A stretch of 44,689 bases of DNA. Source: Psammoneis japonica (Eukaryota). Made by a program: the position numbers and the translations under genes. The notes beneath the pieces were generated by a model. That model had not been told where the DNA came from. It did not search any database and saw nothing but the letters and a program-made list of their open reading frames with translations. This document shows, in pieces, positions 9,065 through 18,447 of the stretch (the first letter of the stretch is position 1; every line of letters begins with the position of its first letter). The stretch is taken from contig QPGO01000342.1 in the NCBI GenBank assembly GCA_008632985.1, positions 1 to 44,689 of the forward strand, written 5' to 3'.

Positions 9065-10402
9065 GTGTTCTTGTGGAGGAAGCACGGGAATTTTTCCCGT
9101 ATCGAAACAACCGGGTTGTTGCATGGTACGTCGCGTTTTTGATAGATTTATGCAACAATACAACCGAGACCATGCCGTCTAAAAAGTATTACAAGCCAAC
9201 CTTGATAGCACTCACGTTATTTCTTGGCGGGGTGACTTGTCAATGTGAACAAGACTTCACCAACCAGAGGCCATTCAAACAACCCCCAACGATGTCGTGG
9301 TGGATGGGTCTAAAGGCGTATGGAACGCCCGAACCAGGCGACAACAGCTTGCCCATGCAAGCAAGGTCAAATTGGTTGGAACACTGGAGGAAGCCGATTT
9401 CCAGCTACATGTCAAACCGGTTGGTGCCGTGGAATGTTCTGTCAAATCAAGGCAACCCGACACGATCAACTGACGTAAAAAACCCCGTGCCATGTTTAAC
9501 ATTCATATTTAATATTCTTGTTACATGTAGTGCGTGTCTAGGGCTTCATTCTTCCTTGTTCAATCCACAACATCGCTGGAGCGCCCCTTCCAATTGAAGC
9601 ATCATTTCTGTGCGCACGGCATCCAATAAATCCATCTGCACAGAATGGAATTTTGCACAACAAAACCAAGCCTCTTGGATTCCTTGTACAATTTCCATTA
9701 ATAATGAAACAAGAATCGCGAAAATCGGCCCAAGGGATGTTGAGATATCACCGCCGCCAACTCTTTACCATAAATTCCAGTGGCAGCTCAATTTTGATTA
9801 TTCAACGATAAGTTCCGAAGAGAAAGTCAGCACCATAAAAACCCAAGCCCCGTGGACACCTTATAGCACATACGTCAAAATAATGACAAGAAGTGAGAAA
9901 CAACACCAAAGATACAATAGTATATCACAAAAATCCGTCATGTTGATGCTGCATTCTCACAATTTCTGCACTGCACCTTCAGCGACAAATCCGCCTCGAC
10001 GGATTGAACTCAACGCCAGCACCACTAGCCCATCATATTACTTGTATAAAAGCTCCGAATGCTGCGAAAAGAAACGGGAAAGTACGGCAAAAATAGATAT
10101 AGATATCAGCGACGCAAGGGAGGCCATTGTCGCGATCGTTTTCTTTTTTGGTTGTCTTCGCAGCTGCGCGTCTTGGAGGGTGCTGCGGGTTGATGTAGCG
10201 GAAGTCGGTGTCTGTGCTTTCCTGGTGACCCTGTAGAAGAAGTACTAGACCCTACGCAGTTGTACCCAGGGTTGTATTCTTTCCGTCTACCTCCACAGTA
10301 AGTCGCGGTCTCACAGCGACAGCTTTTGTTCTTTCACAACTTTTGGACAACAGCAACAAGAACGACGAACGACAACAACAGAGGGAAAAAACGTGGAAAA
10401 CA

Positions 10403-11662
10403 ATGTCTATCGATGACAGTAGTACTATAGACGACAGTTGTTTTCAAGGCGTGCAGTTGGGATTTGCAGAGCCAATTCAGGACAATGACAGAGTTTCACA
10501 CGAGAGTCCCAATTGGATGGACCATTGGGACGGCGGTCACGTCGGAGGCAAACCGTCGTGGTTGAATCCACGGGACCTTCCAAGCGTCAATTGGGCAACT
10601 TGTCCTACGTGCGACGGTCCTTTGAAATTTCTTTGTCAATTGTACGCTCCGGCTCTTCATGCCTTTCATCGGACCCTGTACGTCTTTGGGTGTCATGCGA
10701 CGATTCGAGTGTTGCGAACACAACTGCCACGAGAAAATGAGTTCTATCCCTACAGCCAGGACGACTTGTTATCGAGCGATGATTGGAAAAAGCACACGCC
10801 GTCCTACTGGAACGTTTCGCTTTGTCAAGTATGTGGACAACGCGGCAAGGGAAAATGTCCCCTGCAAGGAGTTTCGTTTTGTGGACGCAAACATCAAGTC
10901 GAACACAAGAAACACGTGTTTCAATCAACTGCAGATAATGTATTTTTGCCGTCCGTCTTTGCCAAGCACGAATTGGTTGTGGAAGAGGAACCACCGCCGT
11001 TTGAAAATGAAAAGGAACGCAAAACTCTATTTAATAATGATGATTTAGAGGATGATTTGAATCAAGAGGATTTAAACCAAATGACGGGAAGCACCGGCGT
11101 TGGAACCAAGGATCCCGTCACGTTGGAATTTTATACTCGAATCGGACGTCCCAACAATGCTCAGGAACAGTGTTTGCGGTATTGTCAGTGGCCGAATGAA
11201 AACAATAACGACGACGACGACAGCAATAATAGCAATATCGGTCCTCTTTGGATTGCGTCCCACGGTCAACCAACCACCATTCCACCCTGTCCCTATTGTG
11301 GAGCGCGTCGTAAATTTGAATTTCAACTCCAACCTCAAATGCTCTATCACTTGTTAAAGAACCACCGCAACACCAAGACAAAAGCAAACGAGGACGAGCA
11401 AAAGAAAAAGCAAGCGCTCCTGGCCACGTCTGCCATTCTCGAAAAAGCATCAGCAAACGACAACAAGAATACCTCACACTCGCAACAGGTCGCAGAGTTT
11501 CAAGAGGAATTGTTTAAAAAGCAAGAGGGAGAAATGGATTGGGGTGTCGTGGCGGTATACACTTGTACAAACAGTTGTAGTATTGTTGACTTGAAGGAGG
11601 AATTGGGTGCCTACCGTGAAGAGTATGCTTGGAGACAAGCGCCGCTGGAAGAAATGCCATAG
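10403..11662 (+). CDS. PDCD2: Programmed cell death protein 2 family (MYND-type zinc finger plus PDCD2_C; uS5 chaperone family)
   Basis: GGKPSWLNP, CPTC...QLYAP, FHRTLYVFGC, RVLRTQLP, CQVCG...FCGRKHQ, EQCLRY, IPPCPYCG...FEFQLQPQML, DWGVVAVYTC. Intact, with normal Tyr and TA content. First ATG at 10403. Confidence 0.9.
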   Translation: MSIDDSSTIDDSCFQGVQLGFAEPIQDNDRVSHESPNWMDHWDGGHVGGKPSWLNPRDLPSVNWATCPTCDGPLKFLCQLYAPALHAFHRTLYVFGCHATIRVLRTQLPRENEFYPYSQDDLLSSDDWKKHTPSYWNVSLCQVCGQRGKGKCPLQGVSFCGRKHQVEHKKHVFQSTADNVFLPSVFAKHELVVEEEPPPFENEKERKTLFNNDDLEDDLNQEDLNQMTGSTGVGTKDPVTLEFYTRIGRPNNAQEQCLRYCQWPNENNNDDDDSNNSNIGPLWIASHGQPTTIPPCPYCGARRKFEFQLQPQMLYHLLKNHRNTKTKANEDEQKKKQALLATSAILEKASANDNKNTSHSQQVAEFQEELFKKQEGEMDWGVVAVYTCTNSCSIVDLKEELGAYREEYAWRQAPLEEMP

Positions 11663-11928
11663 ACTAGCTAAGCTGTGAGGTTTTGAATAGTGTTGGCATT
11701 CCTCACCTTAGTATGTATTATATGCAGTCGTTTCACCTTGTTGTTGTTGTAGTACACCCCTCGCACAGTTAGCTTACGGCTCATGTGCTACCTAGACGGT
11801 GATAAAGACACACCATGAACAAAACTAGCTAGAGTTAGAGTCAATCTTCCTTACCCGTAAAAGCGTTCCAAGGTGTTTCAAGGTCTATCCTTTTGTTTCA
11901 TTCCCAGCGAGTAGTGTCGGTCTTCTGG

Positions 11929-12170
11929 TCACTGCGACATCGGTGAGGATACCGTAAGCAAAACGCACTACCGGAAAAGGCTTTTCCTCCATTTCCTATC
12001 TTTAAAATCGGCGTCGGTATCAACAGACGCCAGTCTCCCGTCGTTTGTAAATACACTCGTGAAATCCAGACTCGTACCTATAAAACTATAAAATGATACG
12101 TATTGACTTGGCAAACAGTAGAACGTAGACGATATTTTAGAAACTTCTAGAATATTGTCAATTATTATAC
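11929..12170 (-). repeat. Dispersed low-copy repeat, inverted relative to 33945-34190 and a more diverged copy at ~33325-33605
   Basis: Reverse complement aligns with attgacaatattctagaag...ctcaccgatgtcgcagtgac. ORF-track peptides 11968-12177 and 34003-34287 are near-identical. Confidence 0.88.
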
Positions 12171-12177
12171 GAGGCAA

Positions 12178-12330
12178 TCTATCTACTCCGTATCTACTCT
12201 CTAGAGAGTAGAGTCTACTATCTATCAGCGAGCGCTAGCGAGGCTACTCTCTCTACTCTACCGTAGTAGTAGAGACCACAGGCCTACTCCTACTCTAGTA
12301 GAGTATAGCTAGAGCTCTCTAGTAGTAGCA
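12178..12330. repeat. Low-complexity CTA/TAG/AGAG/CTCT tract
   Basis: ctactctctagagagtagagtctac...ctagagctctctagtagtag. Very TA-rich. Confidence 0.8.
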
Positions 12331-12340
12331 CATTATTTCT

Positions 12341-13963
12341 TCACCTTGTTGTTGTAGAACACCCCTCGCACAGTTTTTCTTGTAGTTTCTGCTTTAGCTT
12401 GTTTCGTACCTTTTGAACCCTCGCTTTCCCCACTGCAAACGCTTTTGCAATTCTCAATTGCTTCTTGATGACAACGTGACAAGTAGTAGTACTCCTTGCT
12501 CTCAACAAGTGTGGCGGTGATTCTTCTCGGGTTGTAATAAAGAGCGCATGATCGATTGCAGGAAGCACGCGTGTCGACAGAAAGGATTGAAACTTGACGA
12601 CTTGTCGAGAAGCGTCGTTTGCCACCTTTCGACCTTGTATTGAAACGTTTTCGGCTGTATCATTCATCATGGGTCCCACCTTGGCAAGCAGAATTCTAGT
12701 CTTCTTTCCCACCTTGGTTGCTTTTTGGACAATCGCCACGACCGTATGATTCAGCCCGGGTCCCACCTTGCGAGCTTTTGTACCGACAAGAACAGCGGTG
12801 TGATTGAGCAATGGTGCAACCTTGAATACTTGAGTTTTCGTTACATTTCCAACCTTGTGAGCTTGTGTGCCAATTGCCGCGGCCGTTTGATTGAGTATAG
12901 GCCCCAGCTTGTTGGTTGTGTTTTTGAAAATAAGTGGGTTTCCAACCCTGCCAAGTTTTCCAACCTCTCGTTTCATTTCGACAAACGTTTCAGCCGGTCG
13001 TGACGACCCTCGGAGCAAAGAATATGATATGCCGTTGCGTTGTGGAGTCATCGTAGGACGTGGAGGAGTCGTCGAGGGTACAACTTTTCTCGGTTTGGTA
13101 GCTTTTGGTTCGCCCGACTTGCTGCTGCGTTTCGGCTTGGTATTCCTGACTAGTACCTTGCCAACCTTGTTTTGAAGGACGTCTAGGGCCTGTCGAGTGT
13201 TGTTGACAAGCGTCTCCACGGCTTTGCGACGAATCAATAGCTTGAGCGGCTGTATTATTTTGCGTTTAGGAATCACGGGTACAGCGTGTTTGTGATTGCG
13301 TGGCACTGGCTTTTTCCTACTACACCGACTTGTTCTCGAAACCGGTCTAGTAGGGCTAGGAGGCTTGAGTTTGAACTTTTTCTTTTGAATGGACGATGAC
13401 AGAGGCTTGGCTCTGCTCTTGATTACTTTTGCGGTAGATGGTGGTGGTGTAGACGGTTTCTGCGAGTTTTTCTTGTTTTCTGGTGCAGCAGACGGCGGCA
13501 GCTTCTTCCCCGCATTCTTCTTTACTACAACGGGACTCGTTGTTGTTGTTATTGACGACGGCGGCATTACTTTGCTACTCGTCACCTTGATGAGCTTGCT
13601 CGTGGTTTCATCGTCCTTTGCTGTTTCTTGGTTTGTGCAGTTGCACCTGCCTCGAAGCCTCTTGTAGGTTTGTAGCCCAGGAACGCTTTGCTCTAGCTCA
13701 TACTTGTCACTGTGAACTTTATCTCGTAGCGAAATGTACGTCTGAAGTCCCGGTATCTTGAGAATTGGAGCAATTACTTTTGCACGTGTTGTTGTTTGTA
13801 TAACAGTCGGCTGCTGTCGCCGTGATGAGCGATAATGCGCATGGTAGGCGAGCAATGCTACCACCACCAACAAGCAATAAAGGACCGCAAAGCCTCGCAC
13901 CAAAATCTCCTTTTTGTTTTTTCGTAACTGATTCAACTTGACAACAATGACTCCCTCCATCAT
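12341..13963 (-). CDS. Hypothetical Lys/Pro-rich protein with an N-terminal transmembrane helix and internal repeats
   Basis: 540-aa uninterrupted ORF with hydrophobic FAVLYCLLVVVALLAY, PGLQTY twice, and four similar P-x-L/M-N-x-T...KVG/A units. Confidence 0.65.
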   Translation of the reverse strand: MMEGVIVVKLNQLRKNKKEILVRGFAVLYCLLVVVALLAYHAHYRSSRRQQPTVIQTTTRAKVIAPILKIPGLQTYISLRDKVHSDKYELEQSVPGLQTYKRLRGRCNCTNQETAKDDETTSKLIKVTSSKVMPPSSITTTTSPVVVKKNAGKKLPPSAAPENKKNSQKPSTPPPSTAKVIKSRAKPLSSSIQKKKFKLKPPSPTRPVSRTSRCSRKKPVPRNHKHAVPVIPKRKIIQPLKLLIRRKAVETLVNNTRQALDVLQNKVGKVLVRNTKPKRSSKSGEPKATKPRKVVPSTTPPRPTMTPQRNGISYSLLRGSSRPAETFVEMKREVGKLGRVGNPLIFKNTTNKLGPILNQTAAAIGTQAHKVGNVTKTQVFKVAPLLNHTAVLVGTKARKVGPGLNHTVVAIVQKATKVGKKTRILLAKVGPMMNDTAENVSIQGRKVANDASRQVVKFQSFLSTRVLPAIDHALFITTREESPPHLLRARSTTTCHVVIKKQLRIAKAFAVGKARVQKVRNKLKQKLQEKLCEGCSTTTR

Positions 13964-14298
13964 GATGCTGCTCTTAATCTAGTCTCTTGCGCATAACATA
14001 CTTCTAATAAGGTGCTTCTTTCTTTGCCAGTGTAAGATGTGTACGGTAGTACAGTATGTGTGATGAAACACGAAAGCGATGAGAAGGAATTCTTTATCGC
14101 AGAATATTCCGGCGAACATTCGTCAATAAATAAAATGAATAAGTTAATAAAACATATGTGTTAAAAGCTGAAGGTATCATATCAATTTTGAAAAAGCGAA
14201 GGTGCCTCCAACCGACAACCGACACCTGCTAGACTCTAGCCCCACCTACCTCTACCCTGATTGTCATAGAAAATCTGTACGAAAATCAAGATCTGTGC

Positions 14299-16302
14299 CA
14301 CCCCTGTGGTACGGCAGGGGAGAATGTGGTGATGTCATGGTTACGTGGCAGTTTATATCTCACTCATTGCATTTTTGCACAAATGTTCTTGCACTCACTC
14401 ATGCACCTGCACACAAACGCCAATGGCAGCAGGAAAAATCCTGAACCATGTTCTCCCCTAAAACTCCAACCACCAAAAACCGAGGGTGCGGAAGCGCACT
14501 TTAGCAGCACTCTTTTCTTCGCACAAAAAACACACGTTTTGATGACTCGACCATGATGGTGCCTCGTGGTTCTTCCCCGTCGCCTTCCCAGGACGCCGAC
14601 CCTGCTGACGCCGTTGCCAATGACACTGACACAACAGGCGATGTCATCATTCTGGTTCTCATGGGTGTGATGCGCACAAAACAAGATGCTGCAAACTCAC
14701 ACTGTTGTTTGCGCGCTCCGCCGCCTCCCACAGATGCTGTCACGAATTCCAAGGCCGTGCCTGCGTTTCGCCCCCCCCCTGGCATGCCCGATGCTGTCAC
14801 TCCTGCCCTTGCTGCCGCAGGTGCTGTTGATGCTGTTGTTGTCTTTTGCCAATGACATCCACAACAAAATGCTTGCAACTCACACTTCTTTCATTCTCGC
14901 CCCGCCGCCTCCCACAGACACCATCACGAACTCCAACGCCGCACCTGCGTTTCGCCCCCCTGGCATGCCCAACACTGTCAATCCTGCCATCACTGCTGCA
15001 GCCACTGTTGATGCTGTCGTTGTTTTTGCTTTGGAAGGAGCACAATGGATGGCGGATGACGGCGGACCAGGAAACCCACGCAACCACGGCCTGCTGATGG
15101 ACGACACATCAATGGACATGAGTGGCGCCTCTTGGTTGGCTCTTGAGTGCAGTCTGATCTTTGGAATGCACAGGCACATTGTGCAGCTCTCTGCAAATTA
15201 GAAACCTCCCCAACAATTGGATGGCAGGCATGCTTTCACAGTTTTTTGGTTTCAAGTTGGAGAGGTCAGCGAGCTGGCATTTTTTTGCAGGCGACTTGGC
15301 AAGGTTTCAAATGGTGCGTGTGACTTGGACACTGCTCCATTTTCCAGGACTGGGTCATCATGTGCAATTCCATGAGAGGCCACTCTCGCCATTTGAGCTC
15401 CACATGTGATGCACAACATGCTGTTTTTGCAAGTTGCTGAAATGGAGGCAGGTGGCAACGTGCTTTTGGCAAACACTCACTGTGTTCACCACTGTTTGGA
15501 CCTTCAAAACCAGTGCCTTGTCGACAGCCATGCTGCTGCTTTGCATGCCGGCACCTTCTCTGCCCATGCTCCATTGGCTGCGCCCTCCTTCACATGTTGC
15601 TGCGGCTCATCTTGACACTTGTTGTTGGCTCCGATTGGCTCCGCTGGGCTCTGGGTGAGCCTCAATCACCTCCAGACAGAGGAGGTTGTGCTTGGGAACA
15701 ATCATCCTGAGAAAGGCCATCACCACACCTCCTGTCATGGATGCTCCTCTGCCATGCCCGCTGAACCTTGACGTCGGTTTGTTGCTTTTGTTTTTTACCT
15801 GGTTTTGGAGCTGCCCCCCAGACCGTTTGAGAGACAGCTCATCAGTGCCTTCCATGGCACGACGATGTGAACGAGAGCCCAGTTTTTCCGGGGACACAAT
15901 GACAGGAGCAGACCAGCCCCAGCACTGTGCTTGTGTTTCAGGCACAGGATCCGGCAAACAGAAGCCCAAATCCTCCGGATGGCACCGGCCAATGCAGGAG
16001 GAACTGCCATGTCAGACATGGCAGGCGGGGACACGTCAGGTGGTGTGGGCGACGAAGAACAGGAGGTCGTCATGGTCGAGTCGACGAAACGCGTGATGTT
16101 TTGGTGTGTGCGCAGTCTTCCAAAAAGTGCGCTTCCGCACCCTCGGTTTTTGGTGGTTGGAGTTTTGGGGGAGCTGTGGAATGGGAATTTTTGCTTGTGG
16201 AACACACACACACATGTGGATGTTAAGATTGAAACTCAACGCACGGCCAAGCCGTGCGCGCGCAACCACGAACACACACACAGCTCCCCTGCCACAGGGG
16301 TG
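14299..16302. mobile_element. Degenerate terminal-inverted-repeat (TIR) DNA transposon, TA-depleted
   Basis: Terminal IRs cacccctgtgg(tacg)gcaggggag / ctcccctgccacaggggtg. Subterminal IR of ~100 bp (aaaactccaaccaccaaaaaccgagggtgcggaagcgcactt at ~14460 vs its reverse complement at ~16126-16167). Internal duplication ~14715-14850 / ~14900-15030. Superfamily not resolved. Confidence 0.7.
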
Positions 16303-17881
16303 CCGACCGCCCTGATGGGCAGCTATGAGACCCAGGCCTTAAGTAACTTGAAACTGGCATGGCAGGCGCGATCCGGATGAGCGTACAGACCATCACCGCT
16401 GTGACAACACGGAGAAATTGTCAAAAACCCGCCGGAGCCGACGATGACATTGACGCGGTAGATAAGGTGTCTAAACATTCGTCGTTTCTTGGACCATTAC
16501 AACAGAAGCTCTATTAGACCCTCATCGATATACCGTTGTAATCATCCATTCGGAGACACACAGTTTGGCGAGAAATATTGAAACATACCGTTTCGCTTTG
16601 TCGTGGCGCCATGTTGCATGCAGACGACGCATCAACTCACCATTTGCAAGATTTTCGGCACCCACTGAGTTAAAGTCCGAGTTAATTAAAAGGTAAGTAA
16701 GTTGAAAATCAAAATGGTGTTATCAATGTATCCGAGGCTCACCACTTGTTGTCTCACTCAACTTTCTTGCCGCCGCAGCCAATTCTCACTGTCTTTCCTA
16801 GCATGAGCACACATCGACGAATCCAACATCGTCGTCACATCGTCAAGCCCATTTGATCAATGGTATTGACCAGACAAATATTTTTGAAGAATTTGATAAT
16901 GCAACTGTAATGCATTCAGCCAAGTATTCTTGAATGGGAGAGAGTCGGGCGGATGAGAGTGAAAATGAAGAATGAAGTTGGCGTACGGTTCAAGAAAAAA
17001 GCATTCAAACATGGTTGACAAAATATTCTGATGCTGTTATTCTATAGAATGATAAATAATAGTGAATAGAGCTTCTCCCTGGCTTGTATATACTCTAGAT
17101 TGATCGCAAAGACACAAATGTCAAATATGAAAATAGAAAAGTGCGGCTTGTAAATGAGTATTCGTGGATTGCTTCACCCATTTATAGCATGAAAGAGGTC
17201 AGATATAGTTGTCACGAGGTCAAAGACAAACTAGAAAGTAGAACATTGCCATAAAATCGGTTTGTGATGAAGTTATCATCTAATCTCGGTGTCGAGAACG
17301 AGTCAATTTCACCTCATCGTACAGCGAGTCACGTGTTTTCAATCCCGTATGACCCATTCGACTCAAATTTTGGTAGAATTAGCTAGACTTTGACCCCAGC
17401 TAGAGCCACAAATTACACAAGATATGAGCATTATCAGTCTCAGACTCTTTAAACAGATGCCTTGCGAGAATGTAATAGGTATGTATTGTTCGTGGTATCT
17501 GGTATTTCAAAATAGAACTAAACTTTTCGTGGAGCACCTTCATTGCACGGGCAAGTGCGAGAGTCAACATTCAGTGATTGGTTAGTAACTAACGTTCACC
17601 CCCATTCTAGGCCCCCAAAAGTGTGCTGAACTACGTCTCTGGATACTGTTAGTCGATCGAGGTGGGTATTTGGTTAAAAACGGGGGGTTAATTTTTACAC
17701 GTGGCATCACGAAGCTACCGTAGGGCGGAAAGCAGCTGCCGCCAATCTGTCGCGCGAAGAATCGATCGCGCGATCTTCAATGACGTCATCCACTTCACAC
17801 GAGCTCTTTGACTCATACGATCAAAAGTGCGAGCTCGTGGCGCGCCATTTTTTTCTGATTTTTTGTGCACGATCGATGGAT

Positions 17882-18295
17882 GTCGACCCAAGGATTTATA
17901 AGTCTATCAGGATGTACCGTAGGGCCTACAAGCTCCAGTACAAATCCACGCGAGAGCCTGTTGCCATGCGTGCTGCGAACACCGTTAAACTTTGTACTGG
18001 ATTTTACGGAGGCCTACGTCGGGCTTCTGACGGGACGAACTTAACATTAAAAATTATTCTATTATTAATAAAATTTATTTCCAGAAATGTTCAAAAGTTC
18101 TGGCGGAAGAATGACAGACGCCATTTTTCCAGAACTTTTGCTTTTTTATACATATTAATAATTCATAATACATTTATGTGCAATAACGTCGGAGTTCGCA
18201 CCGTCAAGATTACTGTGGGACTCGTCGCCGAGCATGGCAACACACGTTCTACGTAGCTTGTACATCCTGATAGACTTATAAATCCTTGTGTCGAC
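17882..18295. mobile_element. MITE-like element of ~414 bp upstream of the FHA/Tudor gene
   Basis: 36-bp terminal IR with one mismatch (gtcgacccaaggatttataagtctatcaggatgtac / gtacatcctgatagacttataaatccttgtgtcgac), imperfect inward extension and an AT-rich core. No clear TSD. Confidence 0.65.
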
Positions 18296-18447
18296 CGACT
18301 CGCTCGCTCCACGCTCCAACCAGTACCGTAGCAACACAAACCAAAAACAGCAAGCGCAATAACAAAACAGAGCGTTGGTCCCTCCTTATTCTTAGAGGCA
18401 CCAACGCATCGATAAGGCTCTTGTGCGCACAATACAAAAGGCTGCAT

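Noticed and set aside
8983..10236. ORFs of 204 and 208 aa
   Set aside because: Non-ATG starts, overlap with a hairpin, and no recognisable domain.
15200..15620. Harbinger-like transposase remnant in the TIR element
   Set aside because: Only vague similarity across broken frames; cannot be supported without a search.
16400..17700. AT-rich ORF-poor stretch
   Set aside because: No repeat, RNA gene or coding motif could be identified by eye.
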